This document shows positions 19,568 to 29,500 of a DNA stretch of 64,000 nt, one piece after another. Numbering within the stretch: the first letter of the stretch is position 1; each line of letters opens with the position of its first letter. This DNA comes from Clostridia bacterium (GTDB lineage Bacteria; Bacillota; Clostridia; JAAYHZ01), in assembly GCA_050950825.1 (NCBI GenBank), contig JBMNIH010000006.1:274144-338143 (forward strand). Direction: 5' to 3'. The notes beneath the pieces are model-generated. The model saw only the letters and a program-made list of their open reading frames with translations. It had not been told where the DNA came from and made no database searches. Position numbers and translations under genes: made by a program.

Positions 19568-20429
19568 CGTTCTGTTCCCAACAAGCCGTATTGCCGCAAG
19601 GCAGTATGATGCCGGAATCTTGGACAGGCAAACCCGTTTCGTACGCCTTGGTAACGCCTCCGAAACGTTTTGTCAAAACCAAATCCATAATGTTTTTCAT
19701 CACCGAACCGCTTAGTCCCGTGGTGTAGGAGTTTAACAGGAAGAAGAGCGGTTTTTTGGACAGGACCTTGCTGCACAGCTCCGTCAAATCGTAAATATTC
19801 TCTTCCAGCTTCCACATTTCTCCCTTCGGACCTCTTCCGTAGGAAGGCGGATCCATGATAATGCCGTCGTAAAAGCGGCCTCTTCGGATTTCCCGCTGTA
19901 CAAACTTCACCACATCGTCCACAATATATCGAACCGGTTTTTCGGCCAAGCCGGACAGCGCCAAATTGCTTTTTGCCTTTTCCACCATACCCTTTGCCGC
20001 ATCCACATGGCATACATGGGCTCCGGCTGCGGCGCAGGCGGCGGTTGCTCCGCCGGTATATGCGAAAAGATTTAATATCTGAACCGGCTTTTCCGCTTTT
20101 TCGATCTTTTCTTTCATGTAGTCCCAGTTAACCCCTTGCTCCGGGAACAAGCCGGTATGCTTGAAATTCATCGGCTCTACCCAAAAGCTCAATTCCCCGT
20201 AAGAGATCTTCCATTTGTCGGGTATGGTTTTAAAAAACGTCCACGAACCGCCCCCCGAAGAGCTTCGATTGTACCTTCCGTGGGCATTCTTCCAGATATC
20301 CGGATTGTATTTGGGCCATATGATCTGCGGATCCGGTCGGATTAATATGATATCTTTCCATCGTTCTATTTTTTCTCCGTCTCCGGTGGACAAGACGGCG
20401 TAATCGGTCCACTTGGTTGCAACTCGCAT
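19560..20429 (-). CDS. Class I SAM-dependent methyltransferase (RlmI/RlmK-like)
   Basis: HTGLFPEQ, LNLFAYTGG, MDPPSYGRG; start set at ATG 20429 behind GGAGG. Confidence 0.88.
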   Translation of the reverse strand: MRVATKWTDYAVLSTGDGEKIERWKDIILIRPDPQIIWPKYNPDIWKNAHGRYNRSSSGGGSWTFFKTIPDKWKISYGELSFWVEPMNFKHTGLFPEQGVNWDYMKEKIEKAEKPVQILNLFAYTGGATAACAAAGAHVCHVDAAKGMVEKAKSNLALSGLAEKPVRYIVDDVVKFVQREIRRGRFYDGIIMDPPSYGRGPKGEMWKLEENIYDLTELCSKVLSKKPLFFLLNSYTTGLSGSVMKNIMDLVLTKRFGGVTKAYETGLPVQDSGIILPCGNTACWEQNDE

Positions 20430-20458
20430 GGAGTCCTCCGTTTTTACATATTCTATCA

Positions 20459-20722
20459 TTATTTGGATTCTAACCTTTTATTACGAAAGTATAAAAGCAT
20501 ATCCGTAAACACCATGGTAAAGTTCAAAATATACATATAGATGACAAAGTCATAGTTGTAGAAGATTTTATGTAATATACCTGCGGCATAACCTACCAAT
20601 ATGATTGCCAAGAACGACAAACTTTTTCCTTTGGTGCTTTTGGACTTTATGGATTTGGCAATGGAAGCAGGCCAAGCTGCTCCGAAACATACTAACATAA
20701 TCAACTCAAAAGGACTCTTCAT
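20459..20722 (-). CDS. PQ-loop/SemiSWEET-like small membrane protein
   Basis: 87 aa, three hydrophobic helices, WP-x-SIAKSIKSKSTKGKS loop. Confidence 0.6.
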   Translation of the reverse strand: MKSPFELIMLVCFGAAWPASIAKSIKSKSTKGKSLSFLAIILVGYAAGILHKIFYNYDFVIYMYILNFTMVFTDMLLYFRNKRLESK

Positions 20723-20773
20723 GATGCCTCCTGCCGGTAAATTTTATACATGATTATATCACACTTTTTTAAA

Positions 20774-20821
20774 AAAATAGGTGCCGCGAAAGGATTTTTT
20801 CCTTACGCGACACCTTATTTT
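20774..20821 (-). terminator. Probable terminator ending the lipoprotein operon
   Basis: Imperfect inverted repeat AGGTG.CGCG.AAGGA / TCCTT.CGCG.CACCT followed by a T tract on the minus strand. Confidence 0.6.
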
Positions 20822-20838
20822 CTTGAAGCCTTCATGCT

Positions 20839-23673
20839 TTAAAAGTCGTAGGACGTCATATCGTCTTTATCTTCTACGGTATACTCGTTATCCCCTAATT
20901 TTACATACGTTCCTTTCGATGCACGGATTAAAACAAGATTCTTTTCCGCGTCAAACCTTAGCAGGCAAAAGTCGCTGTCCGTTTCTACCGCTCCAAATTC
21001 CGTTTCGATGGAAACGTCCTCTTTTACCTTCAGGTCCGGATCCAAAAGGACCAACACGTCGGTGTATCCGTCTATCGTCTCCACGGCTATGGCGGCATTG
21101 GAATCGTACTCTTTGCCGTCTTCCAAAGTAATGCAAGAATATCTTTTTGCGCTTTGAACATAGGATTTGTCTCGGGAATAAGGCTCCATAACGCTTACAA
21201 AGGTAGCCGTCTCCCCTTCTTTTACCGATCTTTCGGTAATGACGGTAGGTAGCATGAATCCTTCATGACCTTGGGATTTCATGGCCATAGAAGGAGGAAG
21301 CCACGTATCGCATAAAATCACGTTCTCGTCACGAGTCAAATCGATCATTTTCAAATGCATTTTTGTGCCGTATGCAATCTGGTTCAAAACATTAACGATG
21401 GCCCAATCCGCCGTCCACACCTCTTGGGTTTCAACGCTTTCTTGGAAATTCTCCATGTATACGTATTCCGGATATTCTCTTTGGGTTTCCTTTAAAGTCA
21501 AGCCGGATACGGTCAAATCCCCGATGTTGCTGCGGCTGAATTTTTCATACGTTCCGGCAGGTCCGTCACCGACACGGAATACATCCACGATATAGGTATT
21601 GTTTTTGCTGATATTGACAAGAGCCAAAGAACGTTCGAACTTTTTAACGCCCGGGAACGTATTCGGCGCATTGGCCCGAATCACCTTGGCGATGTCCCCG
21701 ATGGACCACAAGGTGGCAACTCCGTCGGTTCTCGAATGGTTCATGTTATTGAAAGTAATCGTATTGTGGGCTTGGACCGCACGGTTCCATTTCACCACAT
21801 CGGAACGCCAGCCGTCGCCGTAAGCCACGTTTGGATAGCCGTTGTCCGGCATCATGTCCGCATCCATAAGGTATATGCCGTAGACCATGCCGTCGGAATG
21901 GTCATGGGACGTTTTATTGGTACCGAAATTGATCCAAACCTCCGTCCGTTCTTGGCCTCCCCCCGTTCTTAAAACGGCCATTTGGTATTCGTCCTTTCGG
22001 ACGCTGCCAAGTTCGATCTCGGATCCTTCTTCCTTAATGATTTCGTCAATCTCCTTGGTGATTTCGGGAATCCCTTCCAGGTACACGAAGTTTTTGAAGG
22101 CATGCTGCGCTCGGCGCCCGTTGGTATTGAACAAAATCTTTATTAAATCCGTGTCTCCGGTTAGCTTATACAATTTATACAGCATCAGATTCTGCAAGCC
22201 CTCGCTGTTGACGTAGATACCGGAGGTGGATCCGAAATAGCCCACGTCGCCTAATACGGGAAAATATCGATTGACACAGTACATATCGATGTGGAACCGA
22301 TAAGCGTCGTACAGCTTCGGGCATCTTTCGTACATCTTTTCAATAAAGTCCGGATCCGCTTGATAAAACAGGTTGCACATCAAAGCAATGGCGTGCTTGC
22401 CCATGGTGGCATATCCGTTTAAGCCGCTTTCCCCGGTCATACCGTCGTATTTGGTATTCAACGTTATGATGTCCGCAATTTCGTCATACAATTTTCCTTT
22501 TTCCGTTTCCCAATCCAAAACGGCTCGTGCCGTAAACAAAGCCAGTTCCGTATAGGGAGGATTGCTGCGATACTTTTGGGGATTGGCAATGGTATCCTTT
22601 AAGAAACGGTCGTCGATATTCTTTTTTACTTCTTCCGGGGTCTTCTTTTTGTTGGGATTGCCGGTTTGCTCCGCTTTTTGCGACAAGAATTCGCACACCC
22701 TCGGATCCTTGTACAGCACCTCCACCACCTTGTCGTAAGCCATGGCCAAATCGTACACTTCAAAAGCGCTGTCGATGTTGTAGGATATATATCCTTGGTT
22801 GGATTGCAAAATCTCGTACATCCAGCCTTGGGTCCAATAATCGTATTCCGGCCAAAAATCCGCCAAACGGTCCAAAAGTATCAAGGCCCGTACGCCGTAT
22901 TCGGTATCCCCGGTGAAGGTATAGGCGGAAGATAAATATCGAATGGCTTCCAATATCACCAGCTTCCATTGGCCTTTAATGAGGTACGTGGCAATGAACC
23001 GGTACACTTGGTCGCCTTCCTTGTAGCCGGTACCGTCATCCACACCGAAGGTATCCTTCGTGTCGCCGCTCTCCTCGTTATACAGAAGGCTTTTATCGGC
23101 AAGCTCGGGATTGAATCGCCCGCTTTTATCCAGACCGGATTGATAATAGGCGTAAAAATCGTTCTTCGGGAACAAGGAATTGCATTTGGGGCATTTCAGC
23201 TTCCACGGATGTTCGTTTACATTTATCACCCAGTCGTACATCAGGACCGGCTTTCGGCATTCGGGACAGATCCCGTCGGATTTTACCATCCAGGATCGCT
23301 CCAGCTCCGGCCCGAAGATTAAGCCCCAAAGCTCATCATAACTCATTTCCATATACTTTTGGGCGGCATTGACTGCCGTTTGCTTGGCCGCTTTAAATTC
23401 CAAAAGCTCCGTGGAGTTTCGCCTTATGGTATCCAATATTCTTTCGGAATAAAAGACGGAGGATATCGGTATCGTCGGTTCCTCGGGCACAACAGGCTTT
23501 TGGTTCTCGGTCTGCTTCTCCGTTGTTGTCATAACAGGGGTTGTCGTTTCCCGCTCCGTCGTTTGCTCGGTTTCTTTCGGTTCCTCCTCGCCGCTTTTTG
23601 TACATGCCGCTCCGGTAACAAGAAGCACAAATACGAGCAAAAAGCATAAGGTTCTTACGATTTTTCCTTTCAT
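20839..23673 (-). CDS. Heparinase II/III-like lipoprotein, paralog C
   Basis: Lipobox-like VTGAAC, Thr/Glu linker, CPEC..CPKC, DGMTGES..GY, PVLGD, SHDHSD, AHNTI. Confidence 0.7.
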   Translation of the reverse strand: MKGKIVRTLCFLLVFVLLVTGAACTKSGEEEPKETEQTTERETTTPVMTTTEKQTENQKPVVPEEPTIPISSVFYSERILDTIRRNSTELLEFKAAKQTAVNAAQKYMEMSYDELWGLIFGPELERSWMVKSDGICPECRKPVLMYDWVINVNEHPWKLKCPKCNSLFPKNDFYAYYQSGLDKSGRFNPELADKSLLYNEESGDTKDTFGVDDGTGYKEGDQVYRFIATYLIKGQWKLVILEAIRYLSSAYTFTGDTEYGVRALILLDRLADFWPEYDYWTQGWMYEILQSNQGYISYNIDSAFEVYDLAMAYDKVVEVLYKDPRVCEFLSQKAEQTGNPNKKKTPEEVKKNIDDRFLKDTIANPQKYRSNPPYTELALFTARAVLDWETEKGKLYDEIADIITLNTKYDGMTGESGLNGYATMGKHAIALMCNLFYQADPDFIEKMYERCPKLYDAYRFHIDMYCVNRYFPVLGDVGYFGSTSGIYVNSEGLQNLMLYKLYKLTGDTDLIKILFNTNGRRAQHAFKNFVYLEGIPEITKEIDEIIKEEGSEIELGSVRKDEYQMAVLRTGGGQERTEVWINFGTNKTSHDHSDGMVYGIYLMDADMMPDNGYPNVAYGDGWRSDVVKWNRAVQAHNTITFNNMNHSRTDGVATLWSIGDIAKVIRANAPNTFPGVKKFERSLALVNISKNNTYIVDVFRVGDGPAGTYEKFSRSNIGDLTVSGLTLKETQREYPEYVYMENFQESVETQEVWTADWAIVNVLNQIAYGTKMHLKMIDLTRDENVILCDTWLPPSMAMKSQGHEGFMLPTVITERSVKEGETATFVSVMEPYSRDKSYVQSAKRYSCITLEDGKEYDSNAAIAVETIDGYTDVLVLLDPDLKVKEDVSIETEFGAVETDSDFCLLRFDAEKNLVLIRASKGTYVKLGDNEYTVEDKDDMTSYDF

Positions 23674-23699
23674 CTTTCTTCTCCTTACCTGCTTTATGT

Positions 23700-26540
23700 C
23701 TATACGTCAAAGTCGTATTCGGTCACTTCGTCGGTATTGCTTACCGCATACATTTCGCCCTTGATACGGACATAATCCCCTCGGGATGCTCGGATCATAA
23801 GGATTTTTCCTTCTTGGTCCAAGCGGATGAGCAAGGATTGGCAATTGGTTTCAATTTGCCCGATCTCGGTATCGATGATAACGTCCAAAAGCTCTTGGTC
23901 CAAATCTCCGTCCAAAAGGACGATGATATCCTTTCTTTGATTGGTTGTTTCCACAAGCACCGCCGCATTTTCATCATGATCGGTATTGTCCGCTACGGAG
24001 ACACACCCTAGCCGTTTTGCGGACAGGATCTTGGATTCTCTGGAGAAAGGCTCCAATATGGATACGAAGGTAGCGACTTCTCCTGCTTCTACGGTTCGTT
24101 CGGTAATAACGGTAGGCAGTTGGAAGCCTTCGTGCCCCCGGGATTTCAGTTCCATGGAAGGAGGAAGCCAAGTATCGCAAATATAAACGTTTTCATCACG
24201 AGTCAAATCCGTCATCTTTAAATGGAGGGCATAAGCATAACTAAATACGTTGAAGTAGTTGGTCAATGCCCAATCGGCTACCCAAACCTCGTCGGTTTCC
24301 ACGCTCTTTTGGAAATTGCTCATGTATACGGCTTTAGGATATGTACGCTCCGTCTCTTCAAGGGTCAAGCCTTCCGTACTGAAATTGGCGATGTTGCTTC
24401 GATTGTATTTTTCGTAAGAGCCGGCAGGCCCGTTTCCGACACGGAACACATCCAAAAGATATGTATTTTTCATGTTAATATCTACCAAAGCCAAGGTCCT
24501 TTCGTATTTTTGTACACCCGAGAACATGCCCGGAGCATTGGCTCGGAATACTTTAAATACATCGCCGATTGACCATAAGGTGCAAGTTCCGTTTGCTCTC
24601 GATTGCCTTTGGTTGTTAAAGGCTATAACGTTGTGCGATGCGGTTCCCGTGAACCAACTCACCACGTCGGAGCTCCATCCTCCGCCGTAGCTGACGTTGG
24701 GATACCCGTTGTCCGGCATCAGATCCGCGTCTTGGTAATAGATGCCGATGTTCATACCGTCGCCGTGGCTGTGAGATATTTTGTTGGTACCGAAGTTGAT
24801 CCATACCTCCGTCGCATCCGGATGCTCTCCGGTTCGTAATACGGCGATTTGGTACTCGTCCTTTCTTACGCTTCCCAATTCGATTTTCGGATTCGCTTTT
24901 CCGATGGTTTCCACGACCTTCATTTTTTCCGATAGATTGTCTAATGTTACAAAGTTGCTGAAGGCGCCTCTTGACTGGTAGCCGTTGTTAATCCAGATGA
25001 CGCGGATAAGATCTTCGTCTCCGGTAAGCTCGTAGAGCTTATACAGCATTAAATTTTCCAGCCCTCCGCTGGCGGGATATGCACTTACCCCGGAGCCGAA
25101 ATAGCTGACGTCCCCTAATATCGGGTAGTATTTGTTCACGCAGCGCAAATCGATATGGAATCGATAAGCGTCGTACAGCTTCGGAACTCGGTTGTACATT
25201 TTTTCGATGAAATCCGGATCCGCTAGGGTAAACAAGTTGCACATCTTGGCGATGGCGCTTTTCCCCATGGTGGCATACCCTGCCAAGCCGCTTTCACCGG
25301 TCATTCCGTCGTATTTGGTGTTCTCTTTGATGATGTCGGCGATGGTGTTTTCCAAATACTCTCGATTATTCTCCCAATTCAACACCCCTAAGCAAGCCAT
25401 AACCGCAAGCTCGGTGTAAGGGGCGTTGCTTAAAATTTTATCTTGGTTGTTCACGATATCTTTTAAAATACGTTCGTCAATGTTTCTTTTTATATCATAG
25501 GGGGTTTCTTTTTTGTTCTCCACCCCGGTAATCTTGGCCTTTTCGGATAAATATTCGCATACGAAGGGTTCTTTGAAAAGAACCTCCACCACCTTGTCGT
25601 AAGCCAAAGCCAAATCATAGGCTTCGAAAGCGGCGTCGATTCGATAGGACAAATAGCCGGCGCAGGTTCCGATTCTTTCGTACAACCAGCCCTGCTCGTT
25701 ATAATCATATTCCGGCCAAAAGTCCGCCAAACGGTCCAATAAAATCAATGTACGGACGGCGTATTCCGTCTCTTGCGTGTAGATGTAGGCATCGCTTAAG
25801 GTCTTTATGGCATCCAAAATCTGCCTTTTCCATTGTCCGTATACCAAATAGGTTTGTATAAAGCGGAACACCTTTCCGTCTTCAATATAGCCGTTGCCGT
25901 CGTCCACACCGAATTTGTCGTTTTTATCTCCGGTTTCCATGTTGTAGAGCAGGCTTTTATCGGCACGATCATGGGAAAATCTCCCGGATTCGTCCAAGCC
26001 GGACCGGTAATAGGCGTAAAAGTCGTTTTTCGGGAAGAACTCCTTGCATTTCGGACATTGCAGCTTCCACGGATTCGTCTGGGGATTGATTATCCAATCG
26101 TACATAATAACCGGCTGCCTGCAGCTAGGACAGATTCCGTCGGATAACACCATCCAAGATCGATCCAGCTCCGGCCCGTATATCCATCCCCACAATTCAT
26201 CGTAATCCAATTCCAGGTACTTTTTAGCCGCATTGATGGCGATTTGCTTCGCCGCCTTAAATTCCAAAAGCTCTTCGCAATTCTTTTGAATGTTTTCCAA
26301 AATGGTTTTGGAATAAAAGGTGCCGGATACGGGTATTTCAACTTCAACAGGCTTCGCGGTTGTTTCCTCCGTCTTGCTCGGAGTCGTTTCTTTTGCGGTT
26401 GTAACCGTTTGCTCGACGGTTGTAGTCTCTTCGGTTTCTTTCGTTAACGGCTCTTTTTCTCCCGTTTGGGTGCAAGATGCCGAAAGAAGCATTATGAAAA
26501 TGAGTCCTAAAGAAATGATTTTTTTCAATGAGCGGTTCAT
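23700..26540 (-). CDS. Heparinase II/III-like lipoprotein, paralog B
   Basis: Lipobox LSASC, Thr-rich linker, CPSC..CPKC, DGMTGES, PILGD, SHSHGD, SHNVI. Confidence 0.7.
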   Translation of the reverse strand: MNRSLKKIISLGLIFIMLLSASCTQTGEKEPLTKETEETTTVEQTVTTAKETTPSKTEETTAKPVEVEIPVSGTFYSKTILENIQKNCEELLEFKAAKQIAINAAKKYLELDYDELWGWIYGPELDRSWMVLSDGICPSCRQPVIMYDWIINPQTNPWKLQCPKCKEFFPKNDFYAYYRSGLDESGRFSHDRADKSLLYNMETGDKNDKFGVDDGNGYIEDGKVFRFIQTYLVYGQWKRQILDAIKTLSDAYIYTQETEYAVRTLILLDRLADFWPEYDYNEQGWLYERIGTCAGYLSYRIDAAFEAYDLALAYDKVVEVLFKEPFVCEYLSEKAKITGVENKKETPYDIKRNIDERILKDIVNNQDKILSNAPYTELAVMACLGVLNWENNREYLENTIADIIKENTKYDGMTGESGLAGYATMGKSAIAKMCNLFTLADPDFIEKMYNRVPKLYDAYRFHIDLRCVNKYYPILGDVSYFGSGVSAYPASGGLENLMLYKLYELTGDEDLIRVIWINNGYQSRGAFSNFVTLDNLSEKMKVVETIGKANPKIELGSVRKDEYQIAVLRTGEHPDATEVWINFGTNKISHSHGDGMNIGIYYQDADLMPDNGYPNVSYGGGWSSDVVSWFTGTASHNVIAFNNQRQSRANGTCTLWSIGDVFKVFRANAPGMFSGVQKYERTLALVDINMKNTYLLDVFRVGNGPAGSYEKYNRSNIANFSTEGLTLEETERTYPKAVYMSNFQKSVETDEVWVADWALTNYFNVFSYAYALHLKMTDLTRDENVYICDTWLPPSMELKSRGHEGFQLPTVITERTVEAGEVATFVSILEPFSRESKILSAKRLGCVSVADNTDHDENAAVLVETTNQRKDIIVLLDGDLDQELLDVIIDTEIGQIETNCQSLLIRLDQEGKILMIRASRGDYVRIKGEMYAVSNTDEVTEYDFDV

Positions 26541-26654
26541 AGAGCCTCCTTATGGATATGTAAACCATGTTTTTTTATCATACCGTATTTTCCTGTATGG
26601 ACCAAATTTATTATAGCACAACCGAAGCCCTAATTTGCCACCGATTCCCTTAAA

Positions 26655-29423
26655 TTAGGGAAAATCGATGATCGTAGGTTCTTCGGAATTTTTGATAGAA
26701 TACTCCCTATCGTTAATTTTTACGAATGATCCTTTTGATGCACGGATCATTTTTAGATTTCCTTCCTTGTCGTACCTCACAAAGCATGCTTGCGCATCGG
26801 TTGTAATCTCTCCCTTATCCGCCGTCACTTTCACCGAATCGGAAGACACCGTTTCCGGATCTACAAGGATAATCACATCCGTGGTTCCGGTTGCATTTTC
26901 CACGGAGATTGCAATATTCGTATCCGGGTCTTTGCCGTCGGATAAAAGCATGCAGCTTAAACGCTTCACATTCGTAATGAGCGGTTCTTTTGAATAGGGC
27001 TCTAAAACGCTTACAAAGGCCGTTGTTTCTCCTTCCCTTACGGTCTTGGATGTAATAACCGTCGGAAGCTGAAACCCTTGGTGTCCGTCCGTACTCATTT
27101 CATAGGACGGAGGAAGCCAAGTATCGCATATATACACCGTTTCCCCGCGGGTTAAATCCAACAGACGAAGATGCATGTCTTCTCCGTATTCGATGACATC
27201 AAAGTAATCTTCCGTTGCCCAGTCCGCTTCCCATACCGCATCCGTTTGGATGCTGCGTTTAAAGTTTTTCATGTAAACACCCGAGGGATACGATTTTTGA
27301 ACGTCCAAAAATCGTAGGCCTTTTACTTCCATCTTCCCGATATTCCCTCGATTGAAACGCTCGTAGGTACCCGCAGGCCCGTTTCCTACGCGAAATACAT
27401 CCACCACATAAGCGTTTTGGTCGGTAATATCGATTAAGCATAAGGACCGCTCGTACCTTTTTACGTTAGGGAAAGTTCCGGATGCGTTGGCCCGCAATAC
27501 TTTAAAGGTATCACCGATGGACCACAAGGTTATCCTTCCGAAGGTTCGGCTATGGCTTTGGTTGTTGAAGGAAATCACGTTATGTGCCATGGAGTTGTAC
27601 GCCCACGCCACCACCGGTGAGTTCCACCCGTCGCCGTAAGCTACGTTAGGATAGCCGTTGTCCGGCATCAAATCCGCATCTTTGTAGTAAATACCGATAT
27701 TCATACCGTCTTTATGGTCGTGAGAGATTTTGTTGGTGCCGTAGTTGATCCATACCTCCGTCCGATCCTTTCCTACTCCGGTACGAAGCACGGCGATTTG
27801 GTACTTTTCCTTTTTTACGCTCTCCAATGTTACGACGCTTTTTTCTTTTATCACCTTGGCGATGGTTTCGCACCGCTTATCAATATCCGGCAATCCGGGA
27901 AACCAAAGAAACGCCCCTTCGGTTTTGTTGCCGTTTGCTTGATAAATGACTCTTAGCAAATCCTCGTCCCCTGTTTCTTCGTAAAGCTCGTACAGCATCA
28001 GGTTTTCAAGTCCGCCGCTGTTAGGATACGTCCCTCCGTCCAAACCGAAATAGGAGGTGTCTCCTAAAATGGGGTAGTATTTATCTACGCAGTAAAGGTC
28101 GATATGAAAGCGGTAGGCCTGGTAGAGAGCTTTGCTTCGGTTGTACATGGTTTTGATAAAATCGGGATCCGTGTACACGAACAGGTTGCAAAGCTTGGCG
28201 ATGGCGCTTTTCCCCATGGCGGCATACCCCATCAGACCGCTTTCTCCCGTCATCCCGTCGTATTTGGTATTGTCGGTAATGATGCTTTGTATCCTCGATG
28301 CAATCACCCCTCGGTTATCGGGCCAATCCAATACGGCGGAAGCGACAATAATAGCGACATCGGTGTAAGGAACGTTGCATTGGAGTTTGGCAGGATTTTT
28401 TATAAAATCCCTTAAAATTCTCTCGTCGATATTTCTTTTTACGTCTTCCGGGGTCTTTTTCGGATTTTTATTCTCCGTTCGAAGAGCTTTTTCGGATAGA
28501 AATTCACAAATTTTCGGTTCCTTAAAAAGAAGCTCTTTTACTTTGTCGTAAGCGACCGCCATATCGTAGGCCTCGAAAGCCGCATCGATTCGATAGGAAA
28601 TATAACCGGCGGAGTATTGGATACGTTCATACAACCACCCTTGCTTGTAATAGTCGTATTCCGGCCAAAAATCCGCCAAGCGGTCTAAAAGGATCAACGC
28701 ACGTATTCCGTATTCCGGGTTTTGGGTATAGATATAGGCTTCGGATAAGGTATTGATGCCTTCCAAAATGGTCTTCTTCCATTGGCCGTAAACAAGATAT
28801 GTAGCGATAAAGCGGAAGATTCGGTCTCCTTGCTTGAACCCTCTGCCGTCGTCAACACCGAACTTGTCGTCCTTGTTCCCGGTTTCCTCGTTGAAAAGCA
28901 GACTTTTGTCCGCACGATCGTAAGAAAACCTTCCCTTTTCATCCAATCCGGAACGGTAAAAAGCATAAAAATCGTTTTTAGGAAATAATTCTTCGCAATG
29001 AGGACACATCAGCTTCCAAGGGTGCTTAAAAGGATCGATAATCCAATCGTACATGACCACCGGCTTTCTGCAGGCAGGGCATATGCCGTCAGACAGAACC
29101 ATCCAGGACCGCTCCAAATTCGGATCGAAAACCAGCTCCCACAGTTCGTCATAGGTCATTTCCATAAACTTTTCGGCCGCTTCTACAATTTCTTGCCGTT
29201 TTTCTTTGAATTCGGGAAATTTTTCGCAATTGGTTTGAATATTCCTTAACACGTCATCTCCGAAAAAGGTGCTCGTGAACGGTTTATCTTCCGCTTCTTC
29301 CCGTGTTATTTCCGTTACCGTGATACTGCTTTCGGATATTTTCGGATCCGTGCCGGTGCACGAAGTCAGAAAAAGGATAACCATAGCAAGTCCCGTTGCA
29401 ATGAATTTTTCGAATCTTTTCAC
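26655..29423 (-). CDS. Heparinase II/III-like lipoprotein, paralog A
   Basis: GTG start, lipobox FLTSC, CPAC..CPHC, DGMTGES, PILGD, SHDHKD, AHNVI. Confidence 0.7.
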   Translation of the reverse strand: MKRFEKFIATGLAMVILFLTSCTGTDPKISESSITVTEITREEAEDKPFTSTFFGDDVLRNIQTNCEKFPEFKEKRQEIVEAAEKFMEMTYDELWELVFDPNLERSWMVLSDGICPACRKPVVMYDWIIDPFKHPWKLMCPHCEELFPKNDFYAFYRSGLDEKGRFSYDRADKSLLFNEETGNKDDKFGVDDGRGFKQGDRIFRFIATYLVYGQWKKTILEGINTLSEAYIYTQNPEYGIRALILLDRLADFWPEYDYYKQGWLYERIQYSAGYISYRIDAAFEAYDMAVAYDKVKELLFKEPKICEFLSEKALRTENKNPKKTPEDVKRNIDERILRDFIKNPAKLQCNVPYTDVAIIVASAVLDWPDNRGVIASRIQSIITDNTKYDGMTGESGLMGYAAMGKSAIAKLCNLFVYTDPDFIKTMYNRSKALYQAYRFHIDLYCVDKYYPILGDTSYFGLDGGTYPNSGGLENLMLYELYEETGDEDLLRVIYQANGNKTEGAFLWFPGLPDIDKRCETIAKVIKEKSVVTLESVKKEKYQIAVLRTGVGKDRTEVWINYGTNKISHDHKDGMNIGIYYKDADLMPDNGYPNVAYGDGWNSPVVAWAYNSMAHNVISFNNQSHSRTFGRITLWSIGDTFKVLRANASGTFPNVKRYERSLCLIDITDQNAYVVDVFRVGNGPAGTYERFNRGNIGKMEVKGLRFLDVQKSYPSGVYMKNFKRSIQTDAVWEADWATEDYFDVIEYGEDMHLRLLDLTRGETVYICDTWLPPSYEMSTDGHQGFQLPTVITSKTVREGETTAFVSVLEPYSKEPLITNVKRLSCMLLSDGKDPDTNIAISVENATGTTDVIILVDPETVSSDSVKVTADKGEITTDAQACFVRYDKEGNLKMIRASKGSFVKINDREYSIKNSEEPTIIDFP

Positions 29424-29500
29424 AACAAGACACCTCGTTTCTATTGTAAAAATAGTTACTGCATGATCCTTCGGACAATCATGCCGTTACATTCATATCG

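Noticed and set aside
20839-29423. Recurring 20-30 nt DNA matches as a CRISPR array or DGR repeats
   Set aside because: They are conserved coding blocks of three paralogs ~2.9 kb apart, with mostly synonymous differences
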